64,000 bases of DNA from an uncultured Treponema sp. (GCA_937890485.1 CALBXN010000010.1:1178-65177); one strand, 5' to 3'. Shown: positions 16,443 to 25,842, counted from the first letter of the stretch. A program made the numbers and translations. Notes: generated from the letters alone by a model not told the origin.

Positions 16443-16907
16443 ATGGGATTTATATATAGACTTACAGATTTAACTGATAAAGAGAAGAAATATGTTGGTA
16501 TTATTCATACTAAAAATAGAACTTTAAAAGAAAGAATTGAAGAACATTTAAAAAAGGATTCATGGTGTTGGTCATCCCCTTATATGGTCGAATATATTGA
16601 AGATGATTTTAGTAGAACTGATGCAGAATATATTGAGTCACATCTGATAAATTTATATCAAACAGATAAATACTATAATCGAAGTAAAGCAAAATGGGGC
16701 ATTTCAAGGTATATATCAGATTTAGAAGATAAATGGCAATATTATGATGTAATTAATGCACATCTTTTGGAGAAAGAATTAGAGATATTGAAAAACAGAG
16801 TAAAAGAATTAGATAAACAAAATTCTTTCTACTTAGAAATATTGAATTACATAAAGACACAAGATAAACAAATCAAAATGTTTAAACATATATGCATGTC
16901 AAATTAA
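16443..16907 (+). CDS. GIY-YIG-like nuclease (paralog 1 of 2), probable free-standing homing endonuclease
   Basis: MGFIYRL...KKYVGII..R.LKERIEEH...AEYIESHLI; paralogous to 42290-43033. SD GAGGTGG before ATG 16443. Confidence 0.5.
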   Translation: MGFIYRLTDLTDKEKKYVGIIHTKNRTLKERIEEHLKKDSWCWSSPYMVEYIEDDFSRTDAEYIESHLINLYQTDKYYNRSKAKWGISRYISDLEDKWQYYDVINAHLLEKELEILKNRVKELDKQNSFYLEILNYIKTQDKQIKMFKHICMSN

Positions 16908-17348
16908 ATTTGGTCGTTGAACAAAGATAAAGTTGCTAAGACAATAGAGACTCTACAACATGGAACGAGTGGGATACCAACACATTAAACTATGGCGAAA
17001 TCCATGAGAGGTTTGCAGTAGGTGAGAAGCCTTGCACGACCAAAAAGAGAATAATTAAATAAGCACTCTGAAAAGTTTGGCGACCTACAGAGTGCTTACA
17101 CACATAACACAACACGAAAATCGCAAAGGATAAACGTATTGCTTACATATATTATACCAATTCTTTTAGCATTATTCAATGCGATTTTCCAAACAACTAT
17201 ATATAGTGGTTGATACTCTAAATATATACAATATGTAGACTTAAAACCACCATAGAATACTGCTTTTATGGCAGAAATTATTACATATCAAAGATAGGAG
17301 GAAAAGAGGTTTGAACGTTCACTAAATTGCAATTTACTCCTATAAAGA

Positions 17349-18026
17349 TTGGAAAGAAAAATTGAACAGATAACACATGAATTGGCATTAGAGTTTATCA
17401 TGCCAAAGCATTACGCAGGAAGAAAACCACAAGTAACAAAAGCATTTGGATGGTATGAAGATGACGAATTGGTTGCTGTTTGCACATTTGGTAAACCAGC
17501 TTCACCTCAATTATGTGATGGGATTTGTGGTAAAGAGTTTTCATCAAGCGTTTATGAGTTAAACAGATTGGTGAGGATAGAAGATTTTGATGGTCAGTTG
17601 AGTCAATTTATTGCAGGTTGTCTCAGAGAATTGAAGAAAGAAAATTGGATAGTTATTTCTTATGCTGATTCTGGAATGACACATCATGGTTACATATATC
17701 AAGCGAGTAATTTTCTATACACTGGTTGTACAAAACAGAGGACAGATAGGTATGTAGAAGGTAAACATTCAAGACATGCAGATTTTGATAACCCTAAAGG
17801 AATTAGGCAAGTGAGAACTGCAAAACATAGATATGTTTATTTTTGCACATCTGACAAGAAGTTGAAACGACAGTGGAAAGAAGCACTGAACTATCCGATT
17901 TTGCCTTACCCAAAGGGCGATAATGAGAATTATGAGTTGGGTAGGGTATATTCACAGGTATTAATTGACAAAGACAAGAACATTATACATAGAGAAAACG
18001 AATATGTAATGAAAATTACTACATAA
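17349..18026 (+). CDS. Mom-like (acyltransferase-fold) DNA modification protein
   Basis: A.EFI..HYAGR.P....FG.Y.D.ELVAVCTFGKP...YELNRL...ISYADSG..HHGYIYQASNF is the pattern I associate with the Mom family. TTG start without an SD. Confidence 0.5.
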   Translation: MERKIEQITHELALEFIMPKHYAGRKPQVTKAFGWYEDDELVAVCTFGKPASPQLCDGICGKEFSSSVYELNRLVRIEDFDGQLSQFIAGCLRELKKENWIVISYADSGMTHHGYIYQASNFLYTGCTKQRTDRYVEGKHSRHADFDNPKGIRQVRTAKHRYVYFCTSDKKLKRQWKEALNYPILPYPKGDNENYELGRVYSQVLIDKDKNIIHRENEYVMKITT

Positions 18027-18166
18027 AACGGCAATAGAAAAAGTGTTTTATCGAGATTTTTAACAACTAAATAGAGAAGTAATAAGTGAAAAATAAATCA
18101 GAAAGGATAAAAGTTAGGGTAGCTACTAAGGACATGTCACCTTTCTGGTGAAAAGTTATTAAGTAT

Positions 18167-18919
18167 ATGGGAAGTAAGAGTAGGATAGCAAAACATATTG
18201 TTCCTATCATACAGAATTACATAAACGAAAACAATGTAACTAAATATTATGAGCCATTTGTAGGTGGAGCTAATGTTATTGATAAGGTAACTTGCTCTAA
18301 GAAAATTGGTTCAGACCTAAATAAGTATCTTGTAGCTTTATTGAAGCACGTTGCTGAAGGTGGAGAATTGTATGAGTCTGTTGATAAAGAATTATACGAT
18401 AAGGCAAGAACTGCTTTCAACAATGGAGATACTTCTGAATTTGAAGATTGGCAAGTTGGTAACATAGGATTTATTGCCTCATATAATGGTCGTTGGTTTG
18501 ACGGTGGATATGCAAAGGCAGGATATGAGAAGACCAAGAATGGCGAAAGATACAGAGATTATTACAGAGAAGCAAAAGATAACCTTATGAAACAAGCACG
18601 AGACTTAAAAGGAATTAAGTTTGTTACATGCAACTATAAAAAGTTTAGTGAAAACTTAGATAATCATAACGGCTATGTTATTTACTGTGACCCACCATAT
18701 CAAGGAACAAAACAGTATGCAAATGCTACAGCTTTTGATTATGAAGAGTTTTGGCAGACAATGAGAGATTGGTCAAAGAATAATATTGTGTTGATTAGTG
18801 AACAGAATGCACCTGATGATTTTGAATGTATTTGGGAGCAGGAAGTTAGTAGGAGTATTAAAGCTGCAGATAAGAGCAAATCAACAGAGAAATTGTTTAA
18901 GTGGAATGGTGGTGTCTAA
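18167..18919 (+). CDS. Dam-like (D12 class) N6-adenine DNA methyltransferase
   Basis: N-terminal (KY)MGSKSRIA...YYEPFVGGANV (FxGxG) and the catalytic IYCDPPY motif. Confidence 0.8.
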   Translation: MGSKSRIAKHIVPIIQNYINENNVTKYYEPFVGGANVIDKVTCSKKIGSDLNKYLVALLKHVAEGGELYESVDKELYDKARTAFNNGDTSEFEDWQVGNIGFIASYNGRWFDGGYAKAGYEKTKNGERYRDYYREAKDNLMKQARDLKGIKFVTCNYKKFSENLDNHNGYVIYCDPPYQGTKQYANATAFDYEEFWQTMRDWSKNNIVLISEQNAPDDFECIWEQEVSRSIKAADKSKSTEKLFKWNGGV

Positions 18920-18920
18920 T

Positions 18921-19661
18921 ATGAAAGACATCGAATTATGGAATGGAGATTGCCTTGAGCTGATGTCAAATATTCCTGATAAATCGGTTGATATGATTTT
19001 CACAGACTTACCTTATGGAACGACTAACTGTAAATGGGATTCTATCATTCCTTTGGACGAGTTATGGGTTCATTACAAGAGAATTATTAAGGATAATGGA
19101 GCAATTTTATTATTTGCACAAACTCCGTTTGATAAGGTTTTGGGTTCTTCCAATCTGCAGATGTTGAAGTATGAGTGGATTTGGGAAAAGACACAAGCGA
19201 CTGGTCATCTTAATGCCAAGAAAATGCCTATGAAAGCACACGAAAATATCTTGGTATTTTACAAGAAGTTGCCTACATATAACCCACAAATGACTGAAGG
19301 ACATACACCAATTCACTCATATACCAAGTATGTTTCTACTCAGAATAACACTGAAATTTATGGAAGAATGAATAGAGAGATTAGTGGCGGTGGAGAAACT
19401 ACAAGATATCCAAGAAGTGTACTTACATACGCAAGCGATAAGCAGACTTGTTACTTGCATCCGACACAGAAGCCGTTGGCTCTATGCGAATATATGATTA
19501 AGACATACACAAACGAGGGTGATTTAGTAGTCGATTCTTGTATGGGTTCAGGAACTTGTGGTGTTGCAGCTAAGAAATTAGGCAGAAAATTCATAGGTAT
19601 TGAAAAAGAACCGCAATATTTTGAAATTTCTAAAAACAGAATACAAGATATAGTGGTATAA
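18921..19661 (+). CDS. N4/N6 DNA methyltransferase (N6_N4_Mtase family)
   Basis: DMIFTDLPYG catalytic motif, HPTQKP, and VVDSCMGSGTCGVAAKKLGRKFIGIE AdoMet-binding motif. ATG 18921 overlaps the previous stop (TAATATG). Confidence 0.85.
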   Translation: MKDIELWNGDCLELMSNIPDKSVDMIFTDLPYGTTNCKWDSIIPLDELWVHYKRIIKDNGAILLFAQTPFDKVLGSSNLQMLKYEWIWEKTQATGHLNAKKMPMKAHENILVFYKKLPTYNPQMTEGHTPIHSYTKYVSTQNNTEIYGRMNREISGGGETTRYPRSVLTYASDKQTCYLHPTQKPLALCEYMIKTYTNEGDLVVDSCMGSGTCGVAAKKLGRKFIGIEKEPQYFEISKNRIQDIVV

Positions 19662-19728
19662 GTAAATAAAAACACAATATATAGATTAAAAATGCCGATA
19701 AATTCCGCATTTTAAGGAGAGTGAGAAA

Positions 19729-20109
19729 ATGATTGAAGAAATTAAGACATATAAAACATCAGATGGAGAATTATTTGATGATAAGAAAGAAGCAGAAAAG
19801 CACGAGTTAGAGTTGCAGAAAATCAAGATTTATCGTGTCCATTATCATCCAGAACTGAATGAAGGAAGAGGGTATTTAGATAATGGATATGTATTTATAC
19901 ACGCAAATAATTTTCATGACATGTTCTTGAAGGATTGGTTACATAAGAAATTTGGCAATCCTATTTCATTTGTAATGGGCGTGTACGGTTCAAACGCAAT
20001 CATGGACAGTTACACATGGTATGAAGTTACAGAATCAGATGTTGAGTCTAACAAGATTTTAACAAGAATTGAAGAAAACTTTGTAAATAAGATTTGGAAG
20101 GAGAAGTAA
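19729..20109 (+). CDS. hypothetical protein (126 aa)
   Basis: SD AAGGAGAG upstream. Confidence 0.6.
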   Translation: MIEEIKTYKTSDGELFDDKKEAEKHELELQKIKIYRVHYHPELNEGRGYLDNGYVFIHANNFHDMFLKDWLHKKFGNPISFVMGVYGSNAIMDSYTWYEVTESDVESNKILTRIEENFVNKIWKEK

Positions 20110-20112
20110 AAA

Positions 20113-20289
20113 ATGGCATGGTTAGACAATGAACAATGTACAGAAAAACGTGTAGCACGAGAAATCTTATCTACTATTGAAAAGGTTTGTTTTAGTGACG
20201 AGTTTAGAGATTACAGGGTAAATAACGGTAGCAATGGAGAAAGAGATTTAGTAATCAAGTTAATTAAAGAGCGATATGAGGTTGGTTAA
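20113..20289 (+). CDS. hypothetical small protein (58 aa)
   Basis: Hand-translated. SD GAAGGAG upstream. Confidence 0.45.
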   Translation: MAWLDNEQCTEKRVAREILSTIEKVCFSDEFRDYRVNNGSNGERDLVIKLIKERYEVG

Positions 20290-20332
20290 CCACAGTTAAA
20301 AATTCGATTTAAGGAGAGCGATAATAGAAAGT

Positions 20333-20632
20333 ATGACAGAACAAGAAGTAGATAAATTTGTTAAACCATATAGAAATAACTACGGATGGCAATTGGTAGC
20401 AAGAAGTGGGAGTGGAGATAAAACAAATGATAGTTATCGCTATCATTTTGTGGATGATTTAAATATATGTATCATTATAAATCCAAATAATAAAGGATTT
20501 AGTTTTAATAAAAATGTAGATTGGATATTTAAGTTGAAATCAGACGAATTTACACCATTGGATTATCCAAACCACTTTGAAAAGAACTATTTACGTTTCA
20601 GAAAAATAGTTCTAGAAAAGGAATTAAATTAG
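20333..20632 (+). CDS. hypothetical protein (99 aa)
   Basis: ORF in the array with a moderate SD. Confidence 0.55.
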   Translation: MTEQEVDKFVKPYRNNYGWQLVARSGSGDKTNDSYRYHFVDDLNICIIINPNNKGFSFNKNVDWIFKLKSDEFTPLDYPNHFEKNYLRFRKIVLEKELN

Positions 20633-20666
20633 GCGATTGAATCTAAATTTGTCAAGGAGGTAGGAA

Positions 20667-20984
20667 ATGAAACAGAGTTATATGAATATGTCAATGAATG
20701 ACATTATCAAACTGGCTGAGAAAAAGGATAAGAAAATTGCCGAATTGGAGAAGAAGTTATCAGAGGTTAATGAGAACATCAAAATTGTCGGCATAGAGAA
20801 TCGCAAGTTAAAGAAGAATAACGAGAGATATCAGGAAAGATTAACAGAAGTTTTATATAAAGGAAAGATTAAGAACTGCTCAACTTGCAAGAACAATGTA
20901 GAATTTCCACCTCCTCATACTTGCGATATTTGTACAAGCCTTGACCAAGAGGAAGATTATGAGATGTGGGAGGCAAAAGAATAA
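20667..20984 (+). CDS. hypothetical coiled-coil / Cys-rich protein (105 aa)
   Basis: SD AAGGAGG. CSTCKN...CDIC motif. Confidence 0.6.
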   Translation: MKQSYMNMSMNDIIKLAEKKDKKIAELEKKLSEVNENIKIVGIENRKLKKNNERYQERLTEVLYKGKIKNCSTCKNNVEFPPPHTCDICTSLDQEEDYEMWEAKE

Positions 20985-21263
20985 ATGAAATATGCAGAAG
21001 AAATGTATTTAGATAGTCAGATATTTGCTGGTGATATGGATGGTTCAGAATCCAATTTTACTGAAAAGATTGTGAAGATACGTAAAGAACATACTTGCTG
21101 TGTTTGTGAAAAGGAATTTGCAAAAGGAACAAAAATGGTATCACAAAGAGCAGTCGTTCAAGATTTGGGTTGGTGTAGTTGTTATATCTGCTTACCTTGT
21201 ATCGAAAATTGGTTAGAAGAATCAGGTCAAGTAGATGCTGAAGATGAATTAGAAGGAGAATAA
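20985..21263 (+). CDS. hypothetical Cys-rich protein (92 aa)
   Basis: Abuts the previous stop. CCVCEK...CYICLPC motif. Confidence 0.6.
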   Translation: MKYAEEMYLDSQIFAGDMDGSESNFTEKIVKIRKEHTCCVCEKEFAKGTKMVSQRAVVQDLGWCSCYICLPCIENWLEESGQVDAEDELEGE

Positions 21264-21269
21264 ATACAT

Positions 21270-21533
21270 ATGAGTTGGGATAAAATTGAAGACCATTTGT
21301 TTGAAAAATATTGTGTAGAAGGAGAGGACACGAAATTATCCAATCTCATGAAAGAACATGATAAAGAAGTTAAAGATAGTACTATTAAGGAATTTGTAGA
21401 AAAACTTAAAGAAAGTCTTCTTCATCGTTTTAGACATCTAGTTACAACAGATACAGATGGTTTTGAGTGGCTTACAACTGATAGCGTTGAAACACATATT
21501 GAAGAAACTGTAAAAGATTTTAAAATCAATTGA
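21270..21533 (+). CDS. hypothetical protein (87 aa)
   Basis: SD GAAGGAG upstream. Confidence 0.6.
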   Translation: MSWDKIEDHLFEKYCVEGEDTKLSNLMKEHDKEVKDSTIKEFVEKLKESLLHRFRHLVTTDTDGFEWLTTDSVETHIEETVKDFKIN

Positions 21534-21574
21534 ACTTGCATTTTAAAGTAAAAATGCGGAAAGGAAGTAGGAAA

Positions 21575-22204
21575 ATGAGTTATTGGACATATGTATCAGG
21601 CGTTGTAGATGTAATGCCATTAGGAAGGTCACAAGCAGAAAAGAGATATATTCTTGATACTGTATTAGCACATCTTCCTAAAGTAACTGGTAGTGAAAGA
21701 GATATGAATATCTATGTAATTCAGAAGAATGGTTACAACAGTTCAAGTAGTCACGATGAATTTGGTCAGTGGAGTAATCTTGGTAATGGTAGATATGACC
21801 ATAGTTTTGAAACACAAGACCATTATTTAATAGTAGTTGACGGTTCATTTAGAGACAGAATGTTTGAAGAAACATATCGTGAATTTATGAAGTGGCTTTG
21901 CAGATTGGCAAAACGAGTAATGGTAGAGGATGTGCTTGTAGAAGTAAAAGGATATAACAAGTCTACTGTTATTAGAAACACAGAAATTCAGCGAAAGAAA
22001 TACTCTTGGCATAAGGTTTTTGATGAGATGTTTGAAGACCCGAGTTGGTGTAATAAGGATGGAGAGCCGAATTGGTGCGAATTTATGATGTACGATAAGG
22101 CGAAAAACTCAGATTATCCTATGCTTCTTGGCTACAAATATTTTGCAGATGAAGAGAATGACAAGGAAGTAGAGAGAAGAATTAATTATGGAAGAGGTGA
22201 TTAA
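21575..22204 (+). CDS. hypothetical protein (209 aa)
   Basis: ATG 21575 follows GGAAAGGAAG. The track start at 21530 is an extension. Confidence 0.6.
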   Translation: MSYWTYVSGVVDVMPLGRSQAEKRYILDTVLAHLPKVTGSERDMNIYVIQKNGYNSSSSHDEFGQWSNLGNGRYDHSFETQDHYLIVVDGSFRDRMFEETYREFMKWLCRLAKRVMVEDVLVEVKGYNKSTVIRNTEIQRKKYSWHKVFDEMFEDPSWCNKDGEPNWCEFMMYDKAKNSDYPMLLGYKYFADEENDKEVERRINYGRGD

Positions 22205-22597
22205 GTGCAATTTGAATTTTATGTATTAAACTACAACTTCAATAGAAGAAAAGTAGAAATGTTTAATGTCTTTAACAATATTCTTGTTCAGGAGCATACA
22301 GAAAAAGCAGTGAGAAAATATCTACGAAGTCCTAAGAATTTTGTATATAAATCATTCCATAAAGATGTAGAACCAATATACGGATTTGATGCTCTTGTAA
22401 AAGAAATTGATAGCATAATCCATTGGCAAGAGTGGAGTCGTTCTGAATACGAATGTAGTGTAGGATACGCTTTTGAAACAGATTGCAACAAGTTAGAAAA
22501 GATAGATTGTTATTATCAAGCACATGCAAATGCAGAAATTATTACACATACAGTATTGAGGCAGTATAAAGAACAGTTAAAGAAGGAGCGTGAGTAA
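22205..22597 (+). CDS. hypothetical protein (130 aa)
   Basis: GTG start after GAGGTGAT. Confidence 0.6.
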   Translation: MQFEFYVLNYNFNRRKVEMFNVFNNILVQEHTEKAVRKYLRSPKNFVYKSFHKDVEPIYGFDALVKEIDSIIHWQEWSRSEYECSVGYAFETDCNKLEKIDCYYQAHANAEIITHTVLRQYKEQLKKERE

Positions 22598-23119
22598 GTG
22601 GGAACAAATTTCTATATGATGACCAAAAGTAAGAAGCTCGTAGAGAAACATTTTCCTTGTGAATACGAAATCGTTGACACTCCTTACTTTGGTTATGAAA
22701 TACATATTGGTAAACGCTCTGCTGGTTGGAAACCTTTATTCCAAGAACATAAAAATGCATACGATTCTGTTGAAGGAATGAAAGAATTTATCAGAAAGCA
22801 TCAGAAGAGTATTCGTATTTTTGATGAATATTGTAGAGAGTTTACGCTTGAAGAATTAGAGGATGAACTTATCACATGGGGAGAACAACAAGAAATTCGA
22901 TATATGAAACATATTCCAGAAGGTGTTCCTGATGAAGTGTTTGGTGGTAAGAAGTATTTGGTTGAATCTACAAAAGATGATTACGATATTACAATCCCTT
23001 TTGACCACATTGAATATGAAAGATTAGACCCATATAGAGAGTTTTACAGATATGAAAATCAGTCACATTATTCAAAAGATAAGGATGGATATGATTTTAT
23101 GAAAGGATGGTTTAGTTAA
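22598..23119 (+). CDS. hypothetical protein (173 aa)
   Basis: GTG start after GAAGGAG. Confidence 0.6.
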   Translation: MGTNFYMMTKSKKLVEKHFPCEYEIVDTPYFGYEIHIGKRSAGWKPLFQEHKNAYDSVEGMKEFIRKHQKSIRIFDEYCREFTLEELEDELITWGEQQEIRYMKHIPEGVPDEVFGGKKYLVESTKDDYDITIPFDHIEYERLDPYREFYRYENQSHYSKDKDGYDFMKGWFS

Positions 23120-23179
23120 TAAATAAATTCGAGATTTTAAGGAGAAAAATGGAGGTCAATGTGTCAGACCTATTTAATT

Positions 23180-23209
23180 TTGACACTTAACTGTTATAGA
23201 TATTATAAA
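23180..23209 (+). promoter_or_regulatory. host-type sigma-A promoter ahead of the ATPase/TerD cassette
   Basis: TTGACA (23180-23185), 18 nt spacer, TATAAA (23204-23209); alternatively a 17 nt spacer to TTATAA. Confidence 0.6.
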
Positions 23210-23238
23210 ACAAATCAAACAAGAGAAAGGAAGAGTGC

Positions 23239-25842
23239 ATGAAAGGATTAACAAGTAGTGAAGTATTAAGCAACAGAGAAAAGTATGGTAGCAATAAGTT
23301 GCCTGAACCAAAATTGAAGAAATGGTATGAATTTGCAAAAGAAGCATTGAGTGAAAAGATTACACTTATCCTTATTGCAATCGCGGTTGTTCAGTTGGTT
23401 CTTGCATTTATGGGAGTTATGGAATTCTCAGAGCCTATTATGATTATGGTAGTGTTTGGTATCGTAACTTGTATTGCTGTAAAAACTGGACTTGGTGTTC
23501 AGAAATCAGCAGCAGAATTGAGAGCGAAAACATCAGTAAGGTATTGTGATGTTATTCGTAATGGCAAAGTAGAAACTATTAACAAAGATGACATTGTAGT
23601 TGGTGATTTAGTTTGTCTTGGAATGGGACAAGAGATTTTTGCGGATGGTTATATCGTAGAAGGTAAGATTTCTGTGAATAACGCAGCTATCAATGGAGAA
23701 AGTAAAGAGTGTAAGAAGAAGCCAGTTGAAGGATATGTTCATCAGAAAACAACTTCAACAGATGCTTACACAAATGAAAATTGCCTATTCGCAGGTACAA
23801 CCGTTATGGCTGGCGAAGGCAAGATGATTGTAACAGATGTAGGTGTAAACACAGTCAATGGTGACACAATGGTAAAAATGCAGACATTGGAGGCACCTAA
23901 GACAGCGTTGGATATTGCACTCGACAATTTGAGTGAGTTTATTTCCAAGTGGGGAACAATCGCGGCTATTTTAACATTCATCATTCTTACAGTTTCAGGA
24001 ATTGCAAAAGTAGGATTTAGTGAGTATTTTGCAGACAGTGTATTTAATATCGTTCAGAAGTTTGCACAGAACTTCTCAGTAGCATTAACAATCATTGTAG
24101 CAGCCGTTCCAGAAGGACTCCCTCTGATTGTAAAACTTGTTACAAAGCAGAATGTAAAGACAATGGAGAGATTTAATATCTTAGCAAAGAATCCAAATAA
24201 GATTCCAGAACTTGCTTATGTGGATATTATCTGCACTGATAAGACAGGAACATTAACAACTGGAATTATGAGTCCTAAGACAATCGTTGATGGAGAAGGT
24301 AATAGTGTAAATAAAGAGTCTACACTTTGGGATGTAATTAAGAGAAATATTCTTTTGAACAATAGTGCAACATTTGATAGTGAAGGAAATATCACAGGTG
24401 GTAACTCAATTGACAGAGCTGTTCTTAGTCTTGTAGAAGCTAATGAATATGTAACAGTTTTGAAGAATTGTACTATGAAGGACAAGCAGGTATTTAACAG
24501 CTCAAACAAGTATTCAGCTTTTACTTCAAATGATGGTGATACATATTACAAGGGCGCACCTGAAAGAATTATTGGTTCTTGTTCTAAGGTAATGAGAGAA
24601 GATGGAACTGTATGTGATTTCACTCCACAGATGATAGAAAACTTAAATAATACCATCAAGGAAATGACATCAAAATCAATCAGATGTATTGCTTTATCTA
24701 CTAAGAACGAAGACTTAGTTGAGAATGAGCTTCCAACAGAAATGACATTACTTGGCATTATTGGTGTTGTTGACCCTGTAAGAGCAGAAGTTCCTCATGC
24801 AGTAGAAGTTGCTCATAAGGCAGGTATTCAGGTAATCGAGATTACTGGTGACTGTATTGAAACAGCTATCGCAGTTGCAAAGGAATGTGGAATTTACAAA
24901 GATGGCGATGTTGCTTTAACAAATGATGAGTTTGAAGCAATGACAGATGAAGAAGTAAAGAGCGTAATCCCTTCATTAAGAGTTATCTCAAGATGTTCGC
25001 CAAACACAAAACTTCGTCTTGTAACACTTGCACAGGAAATTGGTAAGTCGGTTGCTATGACAGGCGATGGCGTTAATGACTCACCTGCATTAAAGAGAGC
25101 AGACGTTGGTTTTGGTATGCAGAGTGGTAGCGATGTTGCCAAAGAAGCAAGCGACATTGTGTTAACAGATGATAACTTCGCTTCAACTGTAAAGGCAGTA
25201 GAGTTAGGTAGAACATTTATGCACAACATTATGATGTTCCTTGAATTCCAGTTACCTATCAATATCTCACTGTTAGTTTTAAGTATTGTATATCCTTTAA
25301 TTGCATCAGGTGCATCAATCTTAGCGTCAGTACAGATTTTGATTGTAAACATTATTATGGATTCACTTAACTCACTTTCATTTGGTGGCGAACCTCCAAA
25401 GGAAGAATATATGTTAGAAACACCTATTAAGAAAGGTTCTGGTTTATTTATCAGAGGTGCTAAGACAAGAATTGCAGTTGGTGCTTGTTCATTCATTGGT
25501 ATCTACGCATTATTTACGCTTAGTCCTATTGGTAATTTATTCGCAACAGATGCAGAAAGTTTAACAGCAAGATTTGCGATGTTATGTTTCATGGCTGTAT
25601 TTAATGGTTTCAACATTAGAACAGAGCGTATGAATCTGTTCCACGGATTAGGTAATAACAAGTTGTTTAGTAAAATTGCATTGGGTATTTTCGTAGGAAC
25701 TATCGCACTTTGCTCAGTAGCAGGGGAACTCATTAAGGTAACATCATTAGATGTAATGCATTGGTTAGTAATTATTGGACTTTCATTTATTGTAATTCCA
25801 GTAGATTTAGTAAGAAAAGATATTAATACAAAGAAGAATTAA
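23239..25842 (+). CDS. P-type ATPase, P2 (Ca2+-ATPase-like) subfamily
   Basis: PEGLP (TM4), ICTDKTGTLT phosphorylation site, TGDCIETA, MTGDGVNDSPALKRADVG hinge, and a Cation_ATPase_N-like N-terminus. 867 aa. Confidence 0.9.
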   Translation: MKGLTSSEVLSNREKYGSNKLPEPKLKKWYEFAKEALSEKITLILIAIAVVQLVLAFMGVMEFSEPIMIMVVFGIVTCIAVKTGLGVQKSAAELRAKTSVRYCDVIRNGKVETINKDDIVVGDLVCLGMGQEIFADGYIVEGKISVNNAAINGESKECKKKPVEGYVHQKTTSTDAYTNENCLFAGTTVMAGEGKMIVTDVGVNTVNGDTMVKMQTLEAPKTALDIALDNLSEFISKWGTIAAILTFIILTVSGIAKVGFSEYFADSVFNIVQKFAQNFSVALTIIVAAVPEGLPLIVKLVTKQNVKTMERFNILAKNPNKIPELAYVDIICTDKTGTLTTGIMSPKTIVDGEGNSVNKESTLWDVIKRNILLNNSATFDSEGNITGGNSIDRAVLSLVEANEYVTVLKNCTMKDKQVFNSSNKYSAFTSNDGDTYYKGAPERIIGSCSKVMREDGTVCDFTPQMIENLNNTIKEMTSKSIRCIALSTKNEDLVENELPTEMTLLGIIGVVDPVRAEVPHAVEVAHKAGIQVIEITGDCIETAIAVAKECGIYKDGDVALTNDEFEAMTDEEVKSVIPSLRVISRCSPNTKLRLVTLAQEIGKSVAMTGDGVNDSPALKRADVGFGMQSGSDVAKEASDIVLTDDNFASTVKAVELGRTFMHNIMMFLEFQLPINISLLVLSIVYPLIASGASILASVQILIVNIIMDSLNSLSFGGEPPKEEYMLETPIKKGSGLFIRGAKTRIAVGACSFIGIYALFTLSPIGNLFATDAESLTARFAMLCFMAVFNGFNIRTERMNLFHGLGNNKLFSKIALGIFVGTIALCSVAGELIKVTSLDVMHWLVIIGLSFIVIPVDLVRKDINTKKN

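Noticed and set aside
16434-17348. A group I intron carrying the GIY-YIG ORF, with the structured 16908-17348 region as the ribozyme core (AGAGACTCTACA at about 16950 vaguely resembles the P7/R element).
   Set aside because: The upstream HD gene ends with a natural-looking C-terminus and its own stop. The downstream Mom-like ORF is a different, complete domain, so there is no split host gene. I could not identify convincing P3/P7/P4-P6 pairings or splice-site context by eye. An Rfam/Infernal scan would settle it.
18149-18151. Stop-codon reassignment (TGA read as sense), suggested by the in-frame TGA upstream of the Dam-like gene.
   Set aside because: All long genes in the window (DnaE 1312 aa, ATPase 867 aa, RecD2 751 aa, the 703-aa ORF) are intact under the standard code. 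TGA also terminates many well-delimited genes. A single case is better explained by mutation or a downstream start.
24894-25496. A 200-aa minus-strand ORF, plus many other 60-130-aa minus-strand ORFs in the track (for example 6039-6437, 9584-9880, 33063-33380, 37654-37986, 39722-40081, 41091-41492, 53125-53466).
   Set aside because: They lie antisense inside strongly supported + strand genes. They have low-complexity Ser/Ile/Phe/Leu-rich translations typical of the reverse frame of AT-rich coding DNA, and they lack SD sequences.
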